Source of the DNA: Vampirovibrionaceae bacterium NZW_1234
Lineage (GTDB): Bacteria; Cyanobacteriota; Vampirovibrionia; Vampirovibrionales; JAGQHJ01
Length of the DNA: 64,000 nt
Direction of reading: 5' to 3'
Assembly: GCA_041697335.1 (NCBI GenBank)
Contig: JBGUGD010000025.1
Coordinates: 131,764-195,763, forward strand
Translations under genes and position numbers: made by a program
Shown here: in pieces, positions 21,368 through 30,809 of the stretch
Numbering within the stretch: position 1 is the stretch's first letter
Layout: each line of letters begins with the position of its first letter
The notes under the pieces: generated by a model
Databases searched by the model: none
What the model saw: only the letters and a program-made list of their open reading frames with translations
Told to the model about the DNA's origin: nothing

Positions 21368-22153
21368 GTGAATACGCAATTGCTGGCGCGCCAGGTTCGG
21401 CGTGATAGCTTGAAACAAATCCATCGCGCGGGCTCGGGGCATCCGGGTGGTGCACTTTCTTCGGCGGACATTTTGGCAGTTCTGTATCGCAATATCCTGA
21501 ATTTGGACGGACCGAGCCGAGACCGGTTTATCTTGTCCAAGGGCCATTCCGCCCCAGCCCTCTATGCTGTGTGGGCCAATAGCCAATTAATTGAACATGA
21601 AGCCCTTCAGGGCTTTCGCAAATTAAATGCCCCGCTCCAGGGCCATCCCCATGTGCTGGCAACGCCGTTATGTGAAACCAGTACCGGGTCCTTAGGGCAG
21701 GGCTTCTCCGTAGCCCTGGGGATAGCACTGGGCTATCGACATCAAGGTCTTTCCGGCCGTGTTTTTGCGCTGTTAGGCGATGGCGAACTTCAAGAGGGCA
21801 TTGTGTGGGAAACAGCGATGTGTGCCGCCCAGTATAAGCTGAACAATCTCATTGCCATTCTGGATTACAATAAGCTCCAGAGTGATGACAGAAACAGCAA
21901 TATCATCGGCCTCGAACCGCTGACCGATAAATGGCGTGCCTTCGGTTGGCATGTCCTGGAAGTGGATGGTCATGATCATGACGCCCTGTACGAGGCCTTG
22001 TCCCAAACTTACGATAAACCCACGTTTGTAGTTGCCCACACCGTAAAAGGAAAAGGCGTCAGCTGGATGGAAAACATCCCGAAGTGGCATGGCAGTGTTA
22101 AATTAACCGATGACGAGTTGACCCGGGCCCTGGAAGAATTAGGAGAGGAGTAA
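21368..22153 (+). CDS. Transketolase N-terminal subunit
   Basis: SGHPGGALS, DRFILSKGH, GSLGQG, GDGELQEG, TVKGKG. Confidence 0.93.
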   Translation: MNTQLLARQVRRDSLKQIHRAGSGHPGGALSSADILAVLYRNILNLDGPSRDRFILSKGHSAPALYAVWANSQLIEHEALQGFRKLNAPLQGHPHVLATPLCETSTGSLGQGFSVALGIALGYRHQGLSGRVFALLGDGELQEGIVWETAMCAAQYKLNNLIAILDYNKLQSDDRNSNIIGLEPLTDKWRAFGWHVLEVDGHDHDALYEALSQTYDKPTFVVAHTVKGKGVSWMENIPKWHGSVKLTDDELTRALEELGEE

Positions 22154-22156
22154 GTT

Positions 22157-23122
22157 GTGAGTAGCCAGCCTACATTGATTGGCATGTCGGGAGACACCTT
22201 GCGGGAAGCCTTCGGGAAGGCACTTGCCGATCTTATGGAACACTATCCCAATGTGGTGGTTCTGGATGGCGATGTCGCCGGCGGCACGGGGACCCACCAC
22301 GTTCGTTCCCGGTATCCGGATCGCTTTTATCAGATGGGCATCGCTGAGCAGAATATGATGGGTGTAGCCGCCGGTATGGCAGCCACAGGCCTTATCCCTG
22401 TGGTTACGACCTTTGCCGCTTTCTCCCTGCGGGCTTATGAGATTGCTCGACTCTCTGTGGCCTATGCCCAGCGCAATGTCAAAATTGTTTGCAGCCATCC
22501 GGGGCTTGACACTGGACCCGATGGGGCTTCGGCTCAAAGTATGGAAGATCTGGCCGCCTTTATGGCCATTCCCAATATGACCGTCCTTTCTCCAGCGGAT
22601 CCGGTGGAGGTCAGATTGGCTACCAAGGCCATGCTGGACCATCAAGGCCCGATTTACATGCGGACCGGCCGAAGCGCCACGACCCGTCTGTTTGATGAAA
22701 AGCATCGTTTCGAGATTGGCAAAGGACAAATTCTGAGATCCGGCAGTGACATCACATTAATTGCCTGCGGTGTCCAGGTGGCTCGCTGCCTTGCTGCGGC
22801 CGAACTGGCTTCGAAGATGGGGATCTCCGTTCAAGTGGTTAATATGCCCACGCTTAAACCCATTGATGAGGCATTAATTCTTCAATGTGCCAAGGAAACC
22901 GGGATTCTGATGACCTCCGAAGACCATAACACCTTGAATGGGTTGGGCTCGCAAGTGGCACGCGTGACAGCTCGCCACTGTCCTGTTCCTGTCTTTTGTC
23001 ATGGGGTCCAGGACACCTTTGGTGAATCCGGTGAACCCGAAGAGCTCGCCGAAAAATATGGGCTTTCTGCCCCGTCGATTCTTCGTCAGTTACAGGATTT
23101 TCTGGCGCAGCACCGAAACTAA
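22157..23122 (+). CDS. Transketolase C-terminal subunit
   Basis: GIAEQNMMGVAAG, GPDGA, GPIYMR, TLKPID, EDH. Confidence 0.92.
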   Translation: MSSQPTLIGMSGDTLREAFGKALADLMEHYPNVVVLDGDVAGGTGTHHVRSRYPDRFYQMGIAEQNMMGVAAGMAATGLIPVVTTFAAFSLRAYEIARLSVAYAQRNVKIVCSHPGLDTGPDGASAQSMEDLAAFMAIPNMTVLSPADPVEVRLATKAMLDHQGPIYMRTGRSATTRLFDEKHRFEIGKGQILRSGSDITLIACGVQVARCLAAAELASKMGISVQVVNMPTLKPIDEALILQCAKETGILMTSEDHNTLNGLGSQVARVTARHCPVPVFCHGVQDTFGESGEPEELAEKYGLSAPSILRQLQDFLAQHRN

Positions 23123-23715
23123 GCCAAGAGTGTATCCGTCCCTGCCGGCCCAGCGGGAACAAAGGGAATATTATCCCCGCCAATAATTCCTTGGCCACCG
23201 GGAAGAGATTTGCCCACCGTAGAACTTAGCCCTTCCATCAGGCCTCTGAGGTTGGTCTGTGCATTCGCATTGAGGGTTCCTCTCAGCTTCGGCGCATTTT
23301 TATTGGGGTCCCCACCGCTAAAATAGGGATCATTAGGAGTGTCGTAGCTGCTACCCCAATTGGCAACAGGGAACGTATCGCTGCCACCAATATCGGCTGT
23401 TGTGCCACGACGGCCTGAGGAGCCATTCGAATTATTTACCCGGGGAGATCCGCCTGCAAGAAGCGTGTCCGTCCCTGCGGGGCCAGCCGGAACAAAAGGA
23501 ACATTATCACCGCCGATGATGCCCTGACCACCCGGCAACGATTTACCCACCGTTGAACTGAGGCCTTCCATGAGCCCTCGTAAATTGGTTTGAGCCCCTC
23601 GGCTCAAGGAACCATTTAATTTGGGTGCATTCTTGTTGGGATCACCACCACTAAAATACGGGTCATTGGGCGTTGAATAATCGCTAATCCGATTCGCCAC
23701 ATTTCCAAATGTCAT
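23119..23715 (-). CDS. Gly/Pro/Asn-rich hypothetical protein with two 75-aa near-identical repeats
   Basis: AGGAGG RBS; YxTPNDPYFSGGDPNKNAPKL...GPAGTDTLLA occurs twice. Confidence 0.85.
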   Translation of the reverse strand: MTFGNVANRISDYSTPNDPYFSGGDPNKNAPKLNGSLSRGAQTNLRGLMEGLSSTVGKSLPGGQGIIGGDNVPFVPAGPAGTDTLLAGGSPRVNNSNGSSGRRGTTADIGGSDTFPVANWGSSYDTPNDPYFSGGDPNKNAPKLRGTLNANAQTNLRGLMEGLSSTVGKSLPGGQGIIGGDNIPFVPAGPAGTDTLLA

Positions 23716-24173
23716 ATCGCTGACCTCCTAGGTCCACATAACCAGCCTAATCACATCTGAAGATATAAAAACAATAAAATGGCTCATTGATGCTAGGGTT
23801 TATATTTTCTTAAGATTGTTGATCGAAACAGGTTGATTTTAAAAAATCAGCGCCAAGCTTGAAATAACAAATTTAAAAATGTTACAAATGCGCACAAAGT
23901 CTGGTTTTGAGGTTTTTATATAAACAGAGAGAGTCCTAACAAGTTTTAGAGGGGGATACATTAGAGGGGTTGTTAAAAGATTTGATAATTTAATACGATA
24001 GCCATTTTGGGCCAACATTGCTTGTGACTTGAACGCATTTCAAGACACAGACCTGTTTAACCCGCAAGGCTAGTTTTAGCCCACTATGCCTATCAATAAC
24101 ATCATCGAAGCGTTCACGTCGTTGTGAACAAATTGATGCCAGTTATCTGTCTTCGCCCAACCCATCCACCAGG

Positions 24174-24230
24174 GGAAGCATTTCCTGAATTTTCTCTTCT
24201 CGGGGGGAGGAAATGCTTCCTATTTTTCTT
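24174..24230 (+). terminator. Terminator of an unannotated intergenic transcript
   Basis: GGAAGCATTTCCT...AGGAAATGCTTCC followed by TATTTTTCTT. Confidence 0.6.
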
Positions 24231-24400
24231 TGAGAGTTATGGTTATTGTTCAATGTGTGTATCGTAATGTGTGTTGCCAATTATATTAATTAGGGTGTTG
24301 GGCCTTTATTCCTTTAGCCGATGCCCGGTAACATCGAGCATCCCGGGCAAGTCGGGTTCTGTGAAACAGCGATTTAAAAATATGACGCTTATCGTTGCAT

Positions 24401-24432
24401 AACGGTTTTGCAAACTAATTTGCAAAACCGTT
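24401..24432. repeat. Perfect 14-bp inverted repeat
   Basis: AACGGTTTTGCAAA-CTAA-TTTGCAAAACCGTT. Confidence 0.8.
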
Positions 24433-24625
24433 CAGGTGTGTGTTTAAAGGTCAATGAATGTCCTATCCTGGGGGGATATTTTATAAAAAATCAGCATTCA
24501 ACAATGAATCAATTGTTCAATACACTCTGTTTTCACGCGCAAAATAAAGTAGATAAGGAAGCTCACGGATACGGGTATGAATCGAGCTGCAATAAAAATT
24601 ATTATTGTAAAAACCTCCAAGCTCA

Positions 24626-24820
24626 GGACCTGATGCCCTAGAATCTCCATTAGCCAGAGGAATTCCAGTCCTATATCTCATCTAAGCGAGTGGCATTTCG
24701 ATAAATAGCTCACCTAGGCAATATGTCCGTTTCGACATATCCCGCATAATTTCCGTGTGATTCAACTCTCTTCCACTCATAGAACATACAGCGGGCCTCA
24801 TTTCATGAGGCTTTTTTTTT
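24626..24820 (+). ncRNA. ssrS: Candidate 6S RNA with terminator
   Basis: About 170 nt; ends GGACCTGATG / CATACAGCGGGCC can close a rod; AGAGGAAT/ATTCAACTCT pairing; internal hairpins; GCCTCA-TTTCA-TGAGGC-T9 terminator. Confidence 0.5.
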
Positions 24821-24901
24821 CGAAATAACCTAAAATTGCTTTCTAAAAAACACCTGGGCCTTATGACCCAGGTGTTTAATGTTTTTAATATCGACAGAAG
24901 C

Positions 24902-25204
24902 CTAACCGTGACGGAAGGTCACGCCATGGCCGTCCTTGGGATAAAACCATTCGATGGATTGGTAGACACAGCCCAGACGGCACGCGCCACACTCGAAACA
25001 GTTTTCAAAGGCAACCAGGTTTCGACTCTGATCGGGATCCCAATGATACACATTTGCTGGGCAAAAATAGTTGCAGGCTTTGGATTCACAAACCTGACAA
25101 TCATCTTGATTCGGTATCAAGTGAGAGCTTGGGCCCGGCTTATATTTAACGGTAAAGAGTTTTTCCTCAATGGTGGACTGAGGAATCGCTTGATTGGCGC
25201 TCAT
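24902..25204 (-). CDS. fixX: Ferredoxin-like protein FixX
   Basis: CQVC...CNYFCPANVY, NCFECGACRLGC, WFYP..GHGVTFRHG. Confidence 0.9.
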   Translation of the reverse strand: MSANQAIPQSTIEEKLFTVKYKPGPSSHLIPNQDDCQVCESKACNYFCPANVYHWDPDQSRNLVAFENCFECGACRLGCVYQSIEWFYPKDGHGVTFRHG

Positions 25205-26511
25205 CGTAACATTGGCCCTCCTATTTTAACCATATCCAGCATCATGCTGGCGATGGAGCGTTGCTTAAACGTTTTGCCGATAAACTCTTTCATCTTTTCT
25301 TTTTTCGGCACGCTGTCCACACTAACCATAGCGTCCATTAAGTCGTTGATTTTCTTGGGATAAAAGCCCATAAACACATCGCTGTTATGTTCTACCGTGG
25401 GCAACATATCGCGATAGGTCTGCAGATCTTTCATGACATAGCTGCTATTGAGTAGTTTTTCATACAAGGCCAGCTGGTATTCGCTGTAATCGTGATTTTC
25501 CAGTGCCTGAATAGCTGTTTCTGCAGCGAATTGTCCGCTTGCCATAGCCAGGTTGGTTCCTTCCCAATGGACGTTATTCACCAACATCGCAGCATCGCCA
25601 GCGACCATAACACCTTTGCGATACAGCTTGGGAACGGAATGAAACCCGCCTTCGGGAATCATGTGCCCCGAATACTCCATCATTTCGCCTCCGGCAATCA
25701 GAGGACGGATCATGGAATGCTTTTTAAACTGCTCTAATAAGTCATACGGCTTGATGCATTTTTGCTGCAAATCGTATAAAGAAGCGCCCAGCCCAACGAC
25801 AATGGAGTCTTTATTAGTGTAAATAAAGCCCATTGAGGTAATACCTTCCATGGCGCCGCCCATTATGGTGTAAATAACACCGCTGCCGTTCTCGCAGTTA
25901 AAACGCTCGTTAATAACCGATTCACCAAGCTTAATGACTTCCTTGACACCCAAGGCCACTTCGTTGGGCTTGGGGATGCTCTGACGAAGGCCTGCTTTTT
26001 CGACCAAGAGCGAATTGACCCCATCGGCAATAATGGTCACCCGGGCTCGGAAATCTTCCTGATCGGTTTTTACGCCCACGACTTGATCGCCATCCCACAA
26101 GAGATCGCGAACGACTGTTTGCGTCACAATATAGGCACCAGCGGCTTCGGCTTGCTCTGCGCACCATTTATCCCATAAAGATCGCTGAACCGTAAAACTG
26201 TTATAGTGGGGCTCATGCATATGTCGTTCCGACTTGTACCCCACCGTAACAGCCGACTCACCGGTTAGCAATGCAAACCGGTGTTCGGCATTAAAGCGCT
26301 CAACAGGTGCGGACTTCCAGAATTCAGGATAAAGTTCTGCGGTAGGCTGCGTGTAAATGGCGCCGCCAAAAACGTTTTTGGCACCTACAAATTCACCGCG
26401 TTCTAAGACAACAACTTCTTTACCGGCTTTTGCCAAGGTTAGCGCTGCCGCCAAACCTGCTGGCCCCGCCCCGACAATTACTACATCGACTGCATCCGTT
26501 AATTCAGCCAT
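25201..26511 (-). CDS. fixC: FAD-dependent oxidoreductase FixC (ETF-quinone oxidoreductase-like)
   Basis: IVGAGPAG, ERGEFVGAKNVFGG, IIADGVNS, HMIPEGG, VAGDAA; overlaps fixX. Confidence 0.9.
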   Translation of the reverse strand: MAELTDAVDVVIVGAGPAGLAAALTLAKAGKEVVVLERGEFVGAKNVFGGAIYTQPTAELYPEFWKSAPVERFNAEHRFALLTGESAVTVGYKSERHMHEPHYNSFTVQRSLWDKWCAEQAEAAGAYIVTQTVVRDLLWDGDQVVGVKTDQEDFRARVTIIADGVNSLLVEKAGLRQSIPKPNEVALGVKEVIKLGESVINERFNCENGSGVIYTIMGGAMEGITSMGFIYTNKDSIVVGLGASLYDLQQKCIKPYDLLEQFKKHSMIRPLIAGGEMMEYSGHMIPEGGFHSVPKLYRKGVMVAGDAAMLVNNVHWEGTNLAMASGQFAAETAIQALENHDYSEYQLALYEKLLNSSYVMKDLQTYRDMLPTVEHNSDVFMGFYPKKINDLMDAMVSVDSVPKKEKMKEFIGKTFKQRSIASMMLDMVKIGGPMLR

Positions 26512-27040
26512 TCAGGCTACCTCCCACACTGACAGCATGATGCTTAATAGTATAGAACCCCCAATCGTTTTTGACCAGAGCGTGCCATCGCCCCGGGTGT
26601 GTATCTGATCAGGACAGGTTGATCCATGAGGGCACTTGGCAAGAGCGCATGAATGTTGTTTCGACTGCGTCATCCATGTTTTAGAGGGGAGTTTCACCGT
26701 TCGGACAAATTGGCCGAACGGTGCGGGCGTCTTCAAAATGTTGAGAACAGGCGTCGATAATCCCGATATGATTGCAACAAAGGCATGCGACCGTGGGGAC
26801 AAATTGTCCACACGGTGATTCCATCCTGATATCAATATGGCGTTCAGATTGAGGAGTACTGGAATAATGCATCAGATAAGCCTTAACGAGATTATTTCTA
26901 GTATAATTCCCGTATTTAGGCCATTTTAAACATCATAACTGCAAATTAGTCTTGAGAGAAGGGAATTTGGGCAGATCAAACAATTCTGTCTCTAGGGGAC
27001 AAGGCAAGTGAGCCTGGAGTCATGTTAAATGTCAAAAGAA

Positions 27041-27130
27041 CGGAGAGGGTGGGATTCGAACCCACGGTCCAGTTTTAGGCCGGACAACTTCTTAGCAGGA
27101 AGCCGCTTTCGTCCACTCAGCCACCTCTCC
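27041..27130 (-). tRNA. tRNA-Ser(GCT), CCA not encoded
   Basis: GGAGAGGTGGCTGAGTGG...CTTCCT-GCT-AAGAAG, long variable arm, GGTTCGAATCCCACCCTCTCCG. Confidence 0.96.
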
Positions 27131-27252
27131 ACAGATTTGTGGGGACTCGGACACGAGTCAGTATAAAGTAAATTATACCGCATCCGACCTGCTGTCAAAT
27201 CCTATTTTTATGGGGGATCTGTCCAGAATGTCTCAAATAAGCCCACAAATGC

Positions 27253-27282
27253 AAACCACCTCTCTGAAGAGAGAGGTGGTTT
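27253..27282 (-). terminator. Terminator hairpin
   Basis: AAACCACCTCTCT-GAAG-AGAGAGGTGGTTT. Confidence 0.75.
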
Positions 27283-27300
27283 GGTTAATATGACGTGTAA

Positions 27301-28470
27301 TTAAACCATGCATCCCATTGGGCGAGAAGAATGGGTGACCGGAATGTCGCGACGTTCCATTTCCTGGCGAACGGAGCCTAATGGGACCACCCGTTCGGGA
27401 GGAAAAACACCCCGTTGGGTAATGGCGTTGGAACCCAGGAGCTGGGCGACAATGGACACGGGGAAGGCGGTTGTCCGCATCATGGCGGTCATTTTGTTCT
27501 GTGTGTCATAACGATCGAGACAGTCAAACTGTTCTTCGATCATCTGTCCTTTTTTCTCGCCTTTAACCGTCACCCGAATCACAACATAATCGGTAGGCTC
27601 ATCCACGCGTAAGGATTGATTCATAACCGCTGCAGCCACTTTGCGAGGTTCAACTGTAATGCCGTCACGAGTCGTTACAGGGGTCGTATCAAAAAAGCCC
27701 AGGGTTTCGAGCAATTGAATTTTTTCGCAATGCCCCGGATAACGGACAGTCTTGTAGTCCAAATTCTTGACTCGCCCTTCATATGTCCAGGGAAGAGTGG
27801 ATGTTCCGCCTAAAGTCGTAAAAGCCTCACACGGACCTACGGGCTGAGGAAACTCGATGGACTCAAGTTCGGTCAACGATTTGACCAGGGTTCTCTTGCC
27901 ATTGCGAATAACAGCACAGTCTCCGAGATATTCGTTGATTAATCCCTCAATGGAGAAGAACAGCTGATAGTTGAGGGGTTGTTCCGGATTCTGAGGGAGC
28001 CCGCCAACACGAACTTTTACGGACTCAACCGAATCAAAGCCATCGATAAGCTCTGCAGCAAGAAGGTTGGCATATCCGGGTGCGAGTCCCATGTCCGGTA
28101 CAATGGTGACACCGGCTTTTTCAGCCTGAGAAGAATAGGTCATCTGTTTCAAGACCACATCGGTATTACCACCCATATCCACAAAATGGGAACCGGCCTC
28201 AATAGCCGCTTGGGTGAGCATTTCATTTAGGAAGTAAGGCACAGCACTCACGGTAACCTGCCCATGGCGCATTGCCTGAACAGCGTTGGCGTGCGTTGTG
28301 ATATCCAAAACCACTGTATTTAATTTCGGACTGTTCAAGCGTTTCTGTGCCGCTTGCAATGCCGTCTCAGACTGATCAACCAGAGTGACTTCGTCAACGC
28401 CTTCAGAGCGCAAGAGATCAAATGCACACGCTGTTCCCTGAAAACCAGCCCCCAAGATTACGATTTTCAT
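27301..28470 (-). CDS. Saccharopine/lysine 6-dehydrogenase family protein
   Basis: MKIVILGAG, HFVDMGG, DMGLAPG, VGGLPQNP, GLINEY, YKTVRYPGH, AMMRTT. Confidence 0.9.
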   Translation of the reverse strand: MKIVILGAGFQGTACAFDLLRSEGVDEVTLVDQSETALQAAQKRLNSPKLNTVVLDITTHANAVQAMRHGQVTVSAVPYFLNEMLTQAAIEAGSHFVDMGGNTDVVLKQMTYSSQAEKAGVTIVPDMGLAPGYANLLAAELIDGFDSVESVKVRVGGLPQNPEQPLNYQLFFSIEGLINEYLGDCAVIRNGKRTLVKSLTELESIEFPQPVGPCEAFTTLGGTSTLPWTYEGRVKNLDYKTVRYPGHCEKIQLLETLGFFDTTPVTTRDGITVEPRKVAAAVMNQSLRVDEPTDYVVIRVTVKGEKKGQMIEEQFDCLDRYDTQNKMTAMMRTTAFPVSIVAQLLGSNAITQRGVFPPERVVPLGSVRQEMERRDIPVTHSSRPMGCMV

Positions 28471-28583
28471 CCGTTTTTCCTCCTCGAGAAACCTTACACC
28501 GGCATTATCTCGAAAAGATGGCGCAAACGCACGTGAAATATTTCAAACACGTAAAAACCAATGGGGGGATAAATTGTGAACGC

Positions 28584-28934
28584 TTATACGAACAGGTTCA
28601 AGCCTTTTCTGGCGGTTTCTTTTTGGGCAGCCTGTTCAACCAGCTGTTGAGCCATAGTCCGCCGCATAACCTGCTTGACAACAAAATCATAGGGCTGCGT
28701 TATGGCAGCAATAAAAGAATTGGCATCCAGCTTGTTCCGATTGCCTTCGAAAAATACAGGCATCTTAAAAGGGCTGGACGAACTGTCCTGCCGATTGGGA
28801 TTGGCATTGGCTAAAGGACGGTCAAACATTTTTTGTTGCTGTTCAGACAAAGGCTTAAATTGCCGGTTCGCCATGGTAGCGTACTGGCTCATTATTTGCT
28901 GTCTGACTACTTGAGAAGCCGCAGGGCCCAACAT
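28584..28934 (-). CDS. Small Gln-rich hypothetical protein
   Basis: 116-aa ORF filling an intergenic gap; ends KGLNLFV. Confidence 0.55.
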   Translation of the reverse strand: MLGPAASQVVRQQIMSQYATMANRQFKPLSEQQQKMFDRPLANANPNRQDSSSSPFKMPVFFEGNRNKLDANSFIAAITQPYDFVVKQVMRRTMAQQLVEQAAQKETARKGLNLFV

Positions 28935-29552
28935 TGTCGTCCAATCCCTAAATCAATAACCACGAGAATGGTCTGTCCACATGTTTCAGTATACGCATGT
29001 TTCTTTATCTTGTAAAGTAACACGCCTGGTGAATGTTACAAACCCAAGACTGCCGAAACACGCATCGCCTGTTGTTGCGGGCATTGAGGACAACTACTAA
29101 GATAGTATTAACCTTCGTTGTCGTTAATAAAGACAGTGGAACAACGACAGGCGTAACCCACACGAAGACATTGATACTCAAATGTGATTGTTTAATTTCA
29201 ATAATATTCAATTTCATTCAAAAAAGAGAGCGACATAAAGTGGATTCCACTTATGAATTAAAAAGCCATATGATACTTAAAAGACCCTTAAGAGTCGTGA
29301 TTTGATATCACAATAAGGCTGGAAACAGTTTTTATGCCTATACAAAGCGGGACAATCGTTCGCTGAGCTTCTCTCTAATAACATCATCTCTCTCTTCTCT
29401 ACTTCTCTCTCTTCTCACACATTGGAGTGCATACCACTTCCTCTTCTTTTTCTTCACTTTTTACTGTCGTGCATGATCCACAGAGGGTTTCGCTCCCCCC
29501 TGAGCCCCGTGGATCATGCCTGGCAGAATTTTTGATTTTGTCGGCCAACCGA

Positions 29553-30233
29553 TTAGGCGGCTTTTGAAGGCGTGGTTTGATTCTGATTTTTCAAAATCGT
29601 GTGAATGAGGGCTTTGACTTTATCAATAGATGCCTGTAGTTGCCCCTGGCCATTCACAATAATGTGGTCAAATTGGGACATCAAGGCAAGTTCACCCGTT
29701 GCATTTTTAATACGGGTCTCAATTTCTTCTGGCGTCTCTGTACCCCGCCCCTTCAAACGCTCACGCAAGGTGGCTTCATCTGGTGGGGCAATAAATACGG
29801 TTGTCGTTTTTTCAGGATACGCCTGCTTGATTTGTTGGGCGACTTTGGCTGCCAGTTCAAATAATATAATGCCGCCTTTTTTAGCCGCATCCGTAATATC
29901 CTGACGACTCGACGCATAGACGTGACCGGCATAGGGGAACCATTGAAAAAGCTCTTGATTCTCTTTCATTCGGGTAACGTCGGCGAGGGTTTTAAAAACA
30001 CTATCGGTTCGATTCGTGTCTTCCCCAGGACGCGGTGGCCGGGTCTTAATGGACTGAACGGTGTGCATTTGACTCTTTAGGAAAGAGTCCTTTTTGACTT
30101 CTTCAAGGATTGTGCCCTTGCCCACTCCAGAAGGCCCTGAAATCAAGAAAAAGTGTCCTGGTGCAGCAACAATCTCAGGGTAGCGTGCCACACCGCTTTC
30201 TGTAACATTCCCAAACCGAATCCTCATCCTCAT
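29553..30233 (-). CDS. gmk: Guanylate kinase (with short MRMRIRFG extension)
   Basis: ISGPSGVGKGT, TRPPRPGE, VFIAPP...LRERLKGRGTE. Confidence 0.8.
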   Translation of the reverse strand: MRMRIRFGNVTESGVARYPEIVAAPGHFFLISGPSGVGKGTILEEVKKDSFLKSQMHTVQSIKTRPPRPGEDTNRTDSVFKTLADVTRMKENQELFQWFPYAGHVYASSRQDITDAAKKGGIILFELAAKVAQQIKQAYPEKTTTVFIAPPDEATLRERLKGRGTETPEEIETRIKNATGELALMSQFDHIIVNGQGQLQASIDKVKALIHTILKNQNQTTPSKAA

Positions 30234-30433
30234 GCCCTCACTATAGTTCCTATCAATTCAAAAGCGAGATAAATAATACCGCAAATGTTTATCTTTGCCT
30301 ATAGGGTGTTCCAAGATCCATCGCTCAACACCAGGCCAAACATGATCCAATGTCGTTACCAGGTAAAATCAAGGAAGCGTTGTTCTCTAGATCTCTATTT
30401 TTTGTGGCATGAATCCATTCAAGGAGAACGTTT

Positions 30434-30799
30434 GTGGACGATTTATATCATCGGGAAACAGCCCTTATTCAAGCACAGCAGGAACCAAACCCTGAATTAA
30501 TGTCATTATGGCTGGCCGACAATTTTATTGAGTTTGGCAGTAGTGGTCGGATGATGACAAAGACAGATGCCCTAAAGTCACTGGGTACCTTTCAAATCCT
30601 GCGATGGGAGATTCAGGACTTCAACACGCTGCTTGAAACCGAGAGTGTAATTATTGTGACCTATATGTCTACGTTTGTTTTGAACGTTCGAGGAGAAACC
30701 GTGGTTAAAAGGGCTTTACGCAGTTCTACCTGGCATCATTACGATGGGCAATGGCGAATGGTGTTTCACCAAGGGACACCCATGGCTGAAACACCTTAA
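30434..30799 (+). CDS. NTF2-like / DUF4440 protein
   Basis: LADNFIEFGSSG, RSSTW...WRMVFHQGT. Confidence 0.85.
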   Translation: MDDLYHRETALIQAQQEPNPELMSLWLADNFIEFGSSGRMMTKTDALKSLGTFQILRWEIQDFNTLLETESVIIVTYMSTFVLNVRGETVVKRALRSSTWHHYDGQWRMVFHQGTPMAETP

Positions 30800-30809
30800 A
30801 CATGGCACA

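Noticed and set aside
27041..27300. tRNA-Ser as an integration site for an island
   Set aside because: No integrase and no duplicated tRNA 3' end seen in the window
4260..29340. Recurring GTTTTTAT upstream of some small genes (about 4268, 23765, 23914, 29328) as an alternative sigma element
   Set aside because: Too AT-rich and no consistent -35 spacing; cannot be separated from background by eye
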